In this document: piece after piece, positions 51,715 to 64,000 of the stretch
Layout: every line of letters begins with the position of its first letter
How positions within the stretch are numbered: position 1 is the stretch's first letter
Assembly: GCA_951406725.2 (NCBI GenBank)
Contig: OX597827.1
Coordinates: forward strand, 52,824,001 to 52,888,000
DNA length: 64,000 nt
Reading direction: 5' to 3'
From: Octopus vulgaris
Lineage: Eukaryota
Notes under the pieces: model-generated
What the model was told of the DNA's origin: nothing
Seen by the model: only the letters and a program-made list of their open reading frames with translations
Databases searched by the model: none
Program-made: the position numbers and the translations under genes

Positions 51715-51915
51715 TCCTTTTGTTACCATATTTCTACTGAAAGACCCTGCTTTTGTTGTACTTACTTTTAGAAATAATGAAAAATGTAGTAATATGGTGT
51801 TTGGGACATAAATTAATGTGAAAATTTGATGAACGGTTTCAATTCAGATCAGTTTAAATAGGGAGTCTGTATCATAGAACCAGGGGTGGCCTTAGGCAGT
51901 TCGGTATCAAAAGGG
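51715..51915. mobile_element. piggyBac-like MITE with TTAA TSD
   Basis: ttaa|tccttttgttacc ... ggtatcaaaaggg|ttaa. Confidence 0.8.
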
Positions 51916-52533
51916 TTAATTTTTGAAAACTGGAAGAGACTCTAATATACTACAATGTCAGTAAATAACACAGACAGAAACACAAACTAATGAGGGAGCC
52001 TCTATATAGTTGCTCAACCAGCTCCTTCAAATAAAACCTTACCACATTAAAAAAAAAAGAAAAAGCAGGCACATTGAACAATGTAGCCCAAGATAGTCAT
52101 AGCTGGAATGCTTTGATCATAGATCTGCTCAATCAGGACTGACCTGATGTTAAACAATGACATTAAATTTTAAAATAAAACCAGTAAAATACAGGAGAAT
52201 AACAGATAGATTATACTACAACATTAAATAAACTATAGAATATTAAACGTCAATTAGATTATACAATATTAACCAATTAAACTCTACATACCAATCAATT
52301 GCTTTTATCTTCTAACTTTTAATACAAAGAACTGAATATCACTAAGTAAAACATTATATTCCAGTGGCAAAGTCTCATTACTATATTTCTTTAGTACTCA
52401 TCTGTGATAGGTTAAGAACCCAAAACAGCATCAACTTTCATTCAGTGGCTGGAAACTCAGAATCAGGTGAAGCAGCAGTAGCAGCATCCCAACATCTTGG
52501 GAGCAATTTACTTGTATTTTCTTGTATAAACAT

Positions 52534-52925
52534 AGGCGCAGGAGTGGCTGTGTGGTAAGTAGCTTATTTACCAACCACATGGTTCCGGGTTCAGTCCCAC
52601 TGCGTGGCACCTTGGGCAAGTGTCTTCTACTATAGCCTCGGGCCGACCAAAGCCTTGTGAGTGGATTTGATAGACGGAAACTGAAAGAAGCCCGTCGTAT
52701 ATATGTATATATATGTGTGCATGTATGTTTGTGTTTGTCCCCCTAGCATTGCTTGACAACCGATGCTGGTGTGTTTATGTTCCCATCACTTAGCGGTTCG
52801 GCAAAAGAGGCTGATAGAATAAGTACTGGGCTTACAAAGAATAAGTCCCGGGGTCGAGTTGCTCAATTAAAGGCGGTGCTCCAGCATGGCCGCAGTCAAA
52901 TGACTGAAACAAGTAAAAGAGAGTA
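52534..52925 (+). mobile_element. Full-length family-A tRNA-derived SINE (resembles octopus OR/OK-type SINEs)
   Basis: A box TGGCTGTGTGG, B box GGTTCAGTCCC, CORE-like ccttgggcaagtgtctt, internal (TA/TG)n, tail gactgaaacaagtaaaagagagtaaaagag. Confidence 0.9.
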
Positions 52926-53139
52926 AAAGAGAGATATATACATACATATACTTATAGATGCACATGCAAACACTCATATACACACTCATATGTATGCATT
53001 CAAATGTGTATTTGTGTTTCTTACAATGTGATGTAATGCATTCAGTGCATAGTTAATGGGGTAGTTGTATTGTTACTTTTCACCAGCTTGTAACCTCTTG
53101 CTTACAGATCACTGTTGTTAGTTAACTGTTGTGAGATGA

Positions 53140-53620
53140 ACTGAGAATTGGCCAAATGTGCAAGTCTCTGCAGGCCAAGAAATTCAGATGTCTGCAGAGA
53201 AGCATGACATGCACAATTTCTATGATGTAATAAATGTTTCTCTAAGGGCCCAGGAATAGTTCCACTGTATGAGTCAAGTCATCAAATAACACTTCCCCAC
53301 TGAAGTATCAATCAGCAAATGGGTCAGAGCAAAGAACATTTCAATCAACTCCTAAAACAGTAAATCCATTTTTCATGGAAAAATTTTGTAAAATGTGCAC
53401 AATCCATTCCCATGACAAGCAAACAATCTTTATTAAAATTTGTGCTGCAATCAAAATAGTGATAAATCTCCTGGACTTGAGAATATTCCAGTAGAGATTT
53501 TGAAGGAAGTTGATTTCTTCAACATTAAACTGTTTTGTTATTCATCTCTGAAACATGTAGCCAGGAAAATATATGTCAAAACTGGAAAGATGCCAATATC
53601 ATCACCATCTAAAAGCAGCA
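53140..53620 (+). mobile_element. RTE-like LINE ORF2 remnant
   Basis: DKSPGLENIPVEILKE, resembling the KSPGxDxIPxExLK pre-RT motif. Confidence 0.5.
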
Positions 53621-54639
53621 AGCTGGTAAAATCATTAGCATAGAGGGCAAAATGCTTAGCAGCATTTCATTCTACTTTATGTTCTTAGTTCAAATTCTGC
53701 CAAGGCTGATTTTTGCTTTTCATCCTCTTGGGGTTGATAAAATAAGTACCAGTTGAGTACTGGGGTTGCTGTCATCAACTTATCCCACACCCAAAATTGC
53801 TGGGCTTCTGCCAAAATTTGAAGCCAATATTATCACCATTTATAAAATTAAAGGAAATGTATGTTGTGTCTCATCGACACTGTTGTCCTTCTTTGAACTC
53901 ACTGTATATGCCATTTTATAACAGGGACTTATAACAAGGTTATAACAATACAAGTCAGAAACAACATGTAACAAACGATATCTCTACTCAATGACTTCTA
54001 TAACTGTCTTCACAAAGCACCTGCACACACCACACTGTCTTTCACTGACAGTGCGCATGTTGCTTTATATGGTTTAGGACAGTTGACTTGCTATCCCATA
54101 GGGGTGTCAGGATTTCATCACAACAATATATTTGTTTTCACCAACAACAGCAGTACAGTACTCATATTCACATACTCACTGTTCAGAAAGTCCTGGTTAT
54201 GGTCAAGCTCAATTGACTAATCTAATCAATTTCAGATAACACCAAAGTCACAATGTGACTTCTGCATCATCTTCATTAGAAGGTGACTTCAAGAGAAATT
54301 AATGGGAAATAATTGCATTCATGCACATGACAGTTTTTAACACTGTAAGTAATGGCAACTATGACAGTTTCACTTGTTTCAATACATTTCTTCCATCACA
54401 TGATGTTCACTGGAAATGAAGTCTGCTGTCTCCCTCAGTGACATCATGAAGGACTTGAGTTAAGAAGGTAGCCTCTATATAGTTACTCAATCTGCTAGAA
54501 ATTGTAGCCAAATCTGCATCTGATCATACCATACCATCTTTACAAAAAGAAAGACACAGAGTGTCTTGAAACTGAGAGCGTGATCATAGTTAGAAGGTCT
54601 TTTATCATAAGTCTGCTGTATCAGGAGCTAAACAATTGG

Positions 54640-54995
54640 TGGCACTCCATTGGTTGTGATGGTGAGGGTTCCAGTTGATCTGATCAATGGAACAGCCTGC
54701 TCATGATATTAATGTGCAAGTGGCCGAGCACTCCACAGATATGTGTACCCTTAATGTAGTTTTTAGGGAGATTCAGCATGACACAGAGTGTGACAAGGCT
54801 GGACCTTTAAAATACAGGTACAACAAAAACAGGAAGAAAAGTACAGCAGGGTTTTCCACCACCCCCTGCCAGAACCTCGTGGAACTTCAGGTGTTTTCAC
54901 TCAATGAACACTCACAATGACCGGTCTGGGAATTGAAACCGCGATCCTATGCTCATGAGTTTGCTACCCTAATCACTGGGCTATTGCACCTCCAC
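54640..54995 (-). mobile_element. tRNA-derived SINE (family B-related head)
   Basis: ccggtctgggaattgaaaccgcgatcc...accctaatcactgggctattgcacctccac matches the family-B head. Confidence 0.7.
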
Positions 54996-55904
54996 ACTAA
55001 ACAATAATAAGATCCAAAATGAGCCTTTGATTAATTTTGAGAAGTTACATTACAAATAAAGTAAATCTGCAGCTTTGTTATTGTTAGTTAAAAACTATCA
55101 GTAACAATATTGTAAACGTATTTCTCAAGTTACAGAGATGGGCCCAGAGGTTACCATAATGAGGATGATTATGATATATAGTTGGGTTTATGAGGAGATG
55201 TATATATTCATAAGTCATTCTTAATAAATATATAATTTGAAAACCGGTGTGTCATAAAGGTAGTTCTGCTTTTAAAACAATAGTTATTATTTATCTTATA
55301 GAGTATCCATTGCAATACTGATGAAAGAACTTACAGATATATATTGCAGAAATGACTCTGGTCTCAATTACCAAAAGATAAAAATAAACAAATGCAATCA
55401 CTAAGAAAGCTGTGATACCAATTAGCTTTGGTGTGTTGGGAAGATAAAGTAACCTACAATATGGATAATGGAGAAATAGGAAACACATCAACTGAATTTT
55501 CTTCTAAATGATAGCTGTTTCACACTGAAATCATTAGAGTATCCATTATGAGACACATGTACAGTACAGCATTTTCTCTTAGTTACAATTGAGTTAGTGG
55601 AGATATATTTTAACACCACAGAGGAGACTGAAACCATTAAAGACACAACCTTTTGCTACTGAGTAGGATAAGGCTAGTATCATGTAATATATTTTGCAAC
55701 AAATGATTATGAGGTCAATAAAGACTTTTTACTCCTGAAATGGCAGAGTCTCACACAAAATGAAATACTGCACATTCCATTTTTCAGATCAAAAATTTAC
55801 AGCCAAAAAAGATTGGTCAAATTACACACCAAGACAACTTTAGAAGACTGAAAATTCCAAGTGAAATGCAGTAGAATTTGGAAAGATAGAGACAATGTTT
55901 GAAT

Positions 55905-56700
55905 CTTTTATCTTTTATTTGTTTCAGTTATTAGACTGCAGCCATGCAGGGACACCACCTTGAAGAAATTGAATGAATCAACCCCAGTACTTAATTTTTT
56001 TTAAGCCTGGTACTTATTCTATCAGCCTCTTTTGCCAAACTGCTAAGTTACAGGTATGTAAGTACACCAGCACCAGTTGTCAAGCAGTGATGGGGTACAA
56101 ACACTTACACAAAGATACACACATATAGATATATACATACACAATGGGCTTCTTTCAGTTTCTGTCAACCAAATCTACTCGCAAAGCTTTGGTTGGTCCT
56201 AGGCTATAGTAGAGTCAGTGTAATCAACTTACCCATCCCCCTAAAATTGCTGGCTTTAAACCAAAATTTGAATCCATCATCATTATCATTATAAAGGCAG
56301 TGGTTTGGAAACATCATTTAAGAGGCAGACAAGATGTTATACAATATTTCTTCCGGCTCTTTACATTCTTGGTTCAAATCCCACAGAGGTCAACTGTGCC
56401 TTTCATCCTTCCAGAGTCAATAAAATAAAATATTAGTCAAGTAATGGGGTCAGTGTAATCCACTAACTCCTCTTCTCAAAATTATTGATTTCAAATTTCA
56501 GTACAAGACCAGCAATTTTGCAGGAAGGTTAAGTTGATTTCATTGACCTCACCCGATGTTCAGCTAGTACTTAATTTATTAAATCCGAAAGAATGAAAGG
56601 CAAAGCTGGCTTTGGTGGAATTTGAACTTAGAATGTAAAGACGGATGAAATGCTGCTAAGCATTTTGCCCAGCATGCTAATGATTCTGCCAGCTCACTGC
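55905..56700. mobile_element. Cluster of family-A (minus) and family-C (both orientations) SINEs
   Basis: Recurrent family cores; inverted family-C pair at about 56290-56480 (+) and 56490-56700 (-). Confidence 0.65.
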
Positions 56701-56949
56701 TTTCTCTTTTCAAAAATTATTATTGTTTTTCTTCCTTTCATTTCTTTCAACATAGATTTCTTATCCCCAGCTCAGCTTATAAACACTCCCTCTCCTCCAC
56801 TTCACATCTCTCTCAGAAAAACAAAATAGACCCTCTCAAGCAATATTCTTTTATTCTTTTATCCTTTTACCAGTTTCAGCTTCTGAGCTATGGTCAAGCT
56901 GGAGCATTGCCATTTTTTTAAATAGTTGGTATTTTTGGAATCAGGAAGT

Positions 56950-57410
56950 TGGATACAACTGTCCTTATATAAGTATTTCTTGTGACATAGGCCCAGATGG
57001 GATCTTAAAAAGTAGAATCCATGTGTTGTTTGAATGTGTTGACATCTACTCTCCCTATATATATCTTATGTTTTTCAGTGAGATATTAAAAAGCTGTGGT
57101 CATTTGAACTACCTCAAGCTATTTCATTATTTGGTCCTGACCAGACAGAGTCAATGGAACCTTTAGCACTATGAAATGGTACTCGGTTCAAGTATTTGAA
57201 TAGGTATCAATGCCAAAATTTGATACCTGTCCTTCCAAGGTTTTTCATACATATCACTGCATATTTTCCTTATTTGCTCCCAAAGAGTAGAACTTTGATA
57301 TTTTCAAGCACTCCCAGTACACCTATTCTGCAAAGATCTTCTTGGTGAAGTAGCTTAGAACTGCTTTGAGTTCCACTGTCAGTTTGACACTAGTGAACTT
57401 CTCAACAACA
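56950..57410 (-). mobile_element. CR1-like LINE C-terminal remnant
   Basis: Minus-strand, frameshifted YWECLKISKFYSL...YAVICM.KTLEGQVSNFGI, resembling YWERLxxLxLYSLxRRRERY..I..WKI. Confidence 0.55.
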
Positions 57411-57948
57411 CAGCCATACCTACACCTATTGTGTGTGTGTGAAGGAGCATGACCAAGTGGTTAGAGTGTTGGGCTCATGATTGTGAGATCATGGGTTCAA
57501 TTGCTTGATTGGGTAGCACATAGTGTCACTGTGTCCTCGAGTAAGGAACTTCGTTTCATTTGACTCCAGTGTACTCAGTTGAAAATGAGTACTAGCTGCC
57601 TTCTTGAGGAACTCACTCTTGCTCCAGCTGCCATATCCTTGAAATTCCACAGGGTCAAAGGTAGGCAGGTTAAAAGGTTGTATGTCTGCTTGTGACTACA
57701 TAGGCACTTAAAAACATAACCAATAAATGCATTGTATTAGCTACCAAGTTATACTCACTCAACCATGTGTGTGTGTGTGTGTGTACATATATATATATAT
57801 GAGAGGTAATGGTGTCAAGAAGATCCAAAGGTGTCACGTAATGCTGAGTAAGTGCTATGGACAGACTATAGTTAAGCTCCAGGTTCGGTGATTATGCGAA
57901 TGAGCAATTCAACATAGGTCATATATCAGCTTGTATATATATAAAAAT

Positions 57949-58172
57949 ATTAACAGAATGAGATAAAAATCCAAGGCTGTGAAAGATTTCAGAACATTTA
58001 TAAATAGAAGGCCTTACAGCTGTTTCTGGGATATTTTATATATCCCTTCATCGGAGACGGTGTGAGAAAATGGGGTGATGAAGGGATATATAAACTATCC
58101 CGGAAACAGCTGTAAGACCTTAAATGCTTTGTAATCTTTCACAGCCTTGGATTTTTATCTCATTCTGTTAAT
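57949..58172. mobile_element. Long palindrome of two inverted hammerhead-like units (Penelope-type)
   Basis: Arms of about 100 bp (attaacagaatgagataaaaatccaaggctgtgaaagatt...), flanked by (TA)n; each arm has xxGATGA-agggata..tatccc-GAAA-cagctg-TA. Confidence 0.8.
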
Positions 58173-58354
58173 TTATATATATATATATATATATACTTAC
58201 AACATTTAATAAAATGATGTAGTACGAAACGATCATACCAAATTACCGGAGTCATTCTTGTTGCTTATTTTGATTATAATCACCCCACGGATTTTTATGG
58301 ATAACACCATACAAAATTCTGGTGCATCTAAATTAAGTACCATATTCATTTGAA

Positions 58355-58374
58355 TCTATCTATCTATCTATCTA

Positions 58375-58445
<71 letters not shown>

Positions 58446-58490
58446 GTATGTCTGTATGTGTGTGTGTGTCAATACACACACACACACACT
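58355..58490. repeat. (ATCT)n/(GT)n/(CA)n microsatellite block
   Basis: Seen directly. Confidence 0.95.
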
Positions 58491-61400
58491 GATGCTAAAA
58501 TTTGAGTTCAATATTATGGGTTAATAAAACATCAATGATAGAGGGCACCTGTTACTTACAATGTATCCTCTAATTATTGTTAGATTGACTATGCAATTAA
58601 GAATAAAACCTTTTTCAAAGACCCTGTACTATGCAAGTTGCTTGATGTGAACTACTGACCCTTTGGTTAGCCGGCTAGCATTCTCTCACCAAGAACTGCT
58701 GTGACAATTATATTTATTCTCCTGAATTCTATATACAGTTTTATGGAAGTAGGACAGAACAAGAACAGGTGAAGGCAATATCTGTCTGACTATAAACATA
58801 AAAGCAATAATCCATATCTATTTGTTGTTTGATGACATATCTAACATAAAATTCATACACAATGTATGCTAGAGTAATAATACAAACTAAAAAACAAGAC
58901 AAAAAAATCAAAATAGAAATAAAACCAGCTCAGAATATTTCAAAAGTCAACAATTATAACTTGATAAAATTTAAGAGTCAAGGAGATCTTCCAAAGTTTT
59001 CTCTGATAACAATTTTACTTGGTTGCAAACAGAAGGAATCTCTATGTGATGACTCAACCTAAGAGAAATAGCAGCCAGTATTCTCTCAGGTCAAATCCTA
59101 CCATCTTAAAAAAAAAGAAGACACTGGATAATGTATCATCATCAATTCTTGGCTATTACTGACTCAAGTCCTAAGATTCATAGGGATGAGTACCCGGATT
59201 CCAAGGTGGCATATAAGTGATCAAGATCACAACCTTCCCTAAAACAATGAAAAGGTTTTGGCTGAAATGTCTCTGATCATAGGACTATTCAATCAAGATT
59301 GTCCTGGGGAGGGAGCTAAACATCATAGAAAACAGCTTTGCTTATTCTTAATATCTATACATCTAGTTTTAAGCATCTCTCTTTCTCTCTCTACACGCAC
59401 ACACACATACATCTTTTATCTTTTACTTTATTATATCAATCGCTTTTGCTGAACCACTAAGTTATAGGTACACAAGCACACCAAAACTAGTTGTCAAGCA
59501 GTGGTGGAGGACAAATAAACACACATCTCACCATCATCCTCATTTAGTGTTTGTTTTCCATGCTGGCATGTGTTTGGCAGTTTACCAGAACTGGTAAGCT
59601 AGAGAGCTGTATCTGGCTCCAGTTTGATTTAACTTGGTTTCTACAGCTGGATGCCCTTCCTGACACCAACCACTCCAAGAGTGTAGAGGGTACCTTTTAT
59701 GTGTCACCAACATGGGTGCCTTTTATAAATCACCAGCATTGTCCATATATGATGGGCTTTTTTCAGTTTCTATCTACCAAATCCACTCACAAGGGTTTGG
59801 TCAGCCTGAAGCTATAGTAGCAGATGCCAAAAGTACCACACAGCAGAACTGAACTCAGAACCAAGTGGCTGGGAAGCAATCTTCTTACCACACAGCCACA
59901 CCTGTGCCTAAGTATGTTAGAAGTAGTTTCCCTGACTACAACAAATGGACAGTGTAATTTTTAATGATTGATGGCAGTGGGACTTTTACTTCAGTGAGAC
60001 TGTGCTGATCACTGAAATTGCATAGCTAATGGTGGCATGAGAATAGTGGAAGGAAATACACATATGTGAGTGTGTTGTCTGGCTGAACATCACAGGGACT
60101 TGTGTGTGTATGTGTGTGTGAGAGAGAGAGACAGAGGAATGATTGCACAATATAAATACTGAAAATGTATGTCTGAAATATATAAGCAAGTATTTAAACA
60201 TGCATATATTTTGTGTGTGTATGTGTGTGTGTGTTAAAATACTATTGAAAAGCTGGTTGAACAAGTGTGTCACCTTGTTTTCTTACTAAAGTTGTTTTTC
60301 TCTTTCTGAGTTGATTAACAGGTAGCTAGGGTAGGTTGACAAGGTAAGTCTTGAGTATTTCAGTTACATTCAGACACAAGTTGTGCTTTTGACAAAACAT
60401 TAATATCTATGCCTATATGTGCACTAACTCATGTACAGATTATCATATATTTATTGATGTGTCTACATGTGCACCTTTGTATGTATGCATGGTGTCGTTT
60501 GCAGCATGATAAATTGTTTATCTCTTTTTGATGGGGCTAGCAGATATTACCACACATGGGTTCCTCATAGGAAAGAGTACGTGATTTGTCTGAATGGATA
60601 TCATTAACTGGATGTCATAAGAAAGCTTCTATGTAGATGCTTACAATATTGTAGTTTCTTAAGCATTCCCTCATTAACTATTGTATGCATATCTATATGC
60701 ATGATAAATGCTTTTAAACAGAATATGACTCTAATTGAGGAATCTTGGCCTGCTTGCCTAGCCAGTGGGGTGGTGTCATTAGAAGGCTAAGATGATGCAA
60801 AGTGCATTGTGACCCCGTGATGTGTAACAATGTCTGATAGTCTGGTTGGTCACATGATCACATGATAATTGTAAGCTGGGAGGTAAAAGTTTGTAAGATA
60901 TTTAACATGTTGACCCTTAATTCAATTTTTAGTGGCATTCTAGTCACAGCCATACTGTCTCTAATTTGGGTATGCTTCCTCAAGGATTATGAACTTAAAA
61001 CATACAGACTCATCACTTTTAAAGACAATGCAGTTTTACATGGGATATTTGGCTGCTAGTAATAAAGAAACTAGCTAAGATATAACATCCTGTTCATTTC
61101 CTGCCTCTAGAAATTATATAATTGCAATTTTTGATATACATATACTTCTAAGAGATTTGTACAGGTTGAACACAAAAACCTATCAGTTTTTTTTAATTGC
61201 CAACAGGAGTCTACAACAACAGTCATTTTATTCAGAATATCTGTTCAGTTGCAGATTGAAGGCACAAGGTAAGATATGCCATTCCATTAATGTCAGCATA
61301 TGCTGCCAGCTGGAATATCTTCCAAACCAATCCCAAGCTTTATCTCAACAATACAAACACAGCTGCCATTTGTCTATTAGCCCAACTTAGATCCAGTTAC

Positions 61401-61629
61401 CATCATATGGCCCTATTGATAGTCAAGCATACTACGCCATAATGATAACCTGTGTCGATCAATGTAAGGCTTCCCATAGCTAATAAAGGACACAATTCTA
61501 TGCCCACATGTCTCTGAAACAAATCACTGATACAAATTTAGTTTAGTTCTAAAAAATGTTTGTCTTAAAAGTTACTACTTTCTTTCTAAGTCTTGAAACT
61601 TAATACATATATATCACTCTAAATAAGGT

Positions 61630-62580
61630 AAGTGATATATGGTAGGCATCCATCAGGGCCCAGTTCTCAGTCTCCTCCTATACATCATGGTTCTCCAGGC
61701 TGTGACATAAAAATTCAAAACTTGCTAGCCATGAGAACTCCTGTATGCCAATGAATAATTCTTGTAGTTCAATTAATAACAGTGGAAGCAGAGTGTACAA
61801 TCAAATGTCTGAAGGTAAATCTAGCAAAGATAACAGCTAAAAAGTTGTATTTAGGAATTTCATTCTGTGTACCAAATATAAATTAAAGGTGCACAAGAGA
61901 ATCATTGGAGTCACAGGTAGAGTGGCATAGAAGAAAGAATTCTTATGTAGCAGATGCAGAAGATTAGTTAGCAATCAGAGCACTAATGAAGGTTTCATAG
62001 AAGTTGACAGTTTCTGTTACTTAGATGATCTAATTAGCAATGGGGGTGGGGTGGAGTGAAAGCATAGCAATCAATATGAGAATGGTTTGTTAAGATTTCA
62101 GGAAGCTATTACTTCTCTTGGCAACCACTAGCTCTTCTGAATGAAGAGTTGATTGTATGAAACTTGTGCACAATGTGTGATATTGCATAATAGAAAAACA
62201 TCGGAATTAAATGCAGAGAATGTGTGAAGGCTGGAAAGAAATGAAGTAAGCATGTGTTGTTGGATGTGTAATGTGAGTGTTGGAGCTGAAATAAAAAAAC
62301 TGAGTATAACAAAAATTGTATGTAGTATGCAAGACAGAAAATTGCACTGATGCAGACATGATGCACGTATGTTGTTACAGCTGGGTAAAAGCAAAAGTTC
62401 CAAGTGATCCAAGAAGAAGGAACTTGTGGAAGAGGAAGACAGAGGAAGTTGGAGACAAACTGTTGAAGGAAGATTTCAAGACCTGAATCTTATGAAAAAG
62501 ATGATGAAAGACTGCAACAAGTAGCATGGAGCTGTACTAGAAAAGAACTGTCCAAAATATGCAAACATGGGAAAAGTGGT
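61630..62580 (+). mobile_element. Decayed RTE-clade LINE RT and 3' region
   Basis: VGIHQGPVLSLLLYIMVLQAVT..FKTC..ELLYANE (resembling GVHQGSVLSPLLF...ELLYADD) and EVDSFCYLDDLI. Confidence 0.75.
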
Positions 62581-63329
62581 ACAGGAGGAGGAGCAGGATT
62601 GAGCAAGCTGAATAACTATGTACAAGTTTACTAGCTAGTATGAACTAATATTTTGATTTATTAATTAGAGCAAGACAAATGCCCAAGGTCATTTCAAGTC
62701 ATCATACATTGAAAGCAATGATTAAATGTGTTAATTTGATACAGCTAACTAATATGTTGTTTGAATAAATGCCAAATGATTTCTTTAATGTGTAATTATA
62801 AGTTCTGTGATTTTGTAATGCCATAGCAAAATATACTGAACAATTTATCCTAATGATTTTTTAGGTAGTGTGTAGCTGGGACCACATTAACTTGTTTCCT
62901 ACTCCTTTTAAGATAGCAATGTGTCATGATATTTAAGGGATATTTAGCTGGTATTTCTAGTAGACTGAGTAACTGTGTAAAGGTTTTCTCATTTTCTCTT
63001 TGACTCGTTTTGGTGGATTTCTCACTTTAATATTAATCAAGGAAGTAGGAAGTAATCACTCTCAACTTTTATAGCTGGCTGGTGACACCTCATAATGACA
63101 GGGTGAATAAGGTAATGAATAGGTAAGGGATAGCCAACTTATATTTTACAACTGGAGCTAGGTAATATTGTATAGTAATGCATCGTATTTTAGGCAAGGC
63201 ACTTTTTAGTGCCTTACCTGCAGCAGAAATGAACAGAGACAGAAATCACAATTTTTAGCATACATTAAAGCTTGTTATATTTATGTATGTATGCATAAAC
63301 ATCTCAAACTTTAATTTCTAAAGCATAGT

Positions 63330-64000
63330 TTCAATCTTCATAATAACTGTGCCACATTTATATTCTAGAAATAAAGGTTACAAGTTTGATTTAACTTCAA
63401 AATATTCAGATTTGGCAAAGACTGGACAGTCAGAGATGATGTTGTCAACTGTTTCATTGTGCTGGTTGCGCATTCAGCATTTGGTGTTAAGGACTGTTTT
63501 CATTATTCTGATTTTATAGTTGTTTGTGGTCTGGCATTTGTCTTGTGCAGCAAGAATCAGTTCTTCTTTTTCTGCTTTTGGCCCAGAGCTTTTAAACCAT
63601 TGTTGGCTTTTAATTAGGCTCACTTCTCCTCTGTCAAGCATGCAGGGTATTGATCTTGGAGTAATTTTTCCCTCCATTTCTTCTTTAGTAGGTTTTGTAG
63701 CTCAGTTTTTCATGTTGTTTTCTGTCTCTTTGGCCATTTCTCCTATGTTGTCATCTGAGATCAGTGTTTCAGTGTAGTTTGTTTCTGTTTTGTATTTTGT
63801 CACCTCCTTGTGCATAAAGCATTTTCTTCTTTTTCGTGTTGCTTGAGTACATGTAATAGTCTTTCATTTTTTGTTTCTAAGTATTTTTCTAGTCCATCTG
63901 TTAATTTATAGTAGTTCCCTATTGGTGTCAGGCTGCAACCTCCTGAGTGAGGTAGATATATTCTGTCTTTGTCTGCTTTGAGGAGGTGACTTCAGTTTTT
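63330..64000 (-). mobile_element. R4/Dong-like non-LTR retrotransposon fragment (post-RT, CCHC region), runs off the window
   Basis: KSQQWFKSSGPKAEKEELILAAQDKCQTTNNY...KC...ETVDNIISDCPVFAKSEY. Confidence 0.75.

Noticed and set aside
52534-52610. tRNA-like sequence (also 5730-5802 and 10610-10697)
   Set aside because: These are SINE heads continuing into repeat bodies, not tRNA genes.

Overview
AT-rich, CpG-depleted, repeat-dense eukaryotic DNA. The tRNA-derived SINE, RTE-tail and MITE families resemble those of octopod cephalopods (inference). The window appears to lie inside one large minus-strand gene, most likely a TACC-family (transforming acidic coiled-coil) gene, judged from (N/D)PF...SP motifs; the coiled-coil domain itself was not found. 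Two exons are well supported and splice in frame: a 5850-nt acidic exon (36734-30885, phase 1-1) carrying a 110-aa duplication, about 17 copies of a 36-aa repeat and FFAT-like motifs, and a polyQ exon (24596-24008). The most striking observation is at the 3' end of the giant exon. Its donor G|GUUAGU contains an in-frame UAG, and that UAG sits in the stem of a 61-nt hairpin. Beyond this single stop the frame stays open through a hydrophobic segment to a second, phase-matched consensus donor (U|GUAAGU at 30528). This architecture predicts an A-to-I amber-to-Trp switch, coupled to splice-site choice, that would add a membrane-like insert; this is a hypothesis and is untested. The introns hold decayed mariner, CR1, RTE, Tx1/L1, R4/Dong and Penelope fragments, nested SINE/MITE insertions with target-site duplications, hammerhead-ribozyme-like Penelope hairpins, and a CpG-retaining patch with a candidate small exon or internal promoter near 11.4-11.8 kb. 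Repeat boundaries are estimated by eye and family names come from remembered motifs, not database searches.
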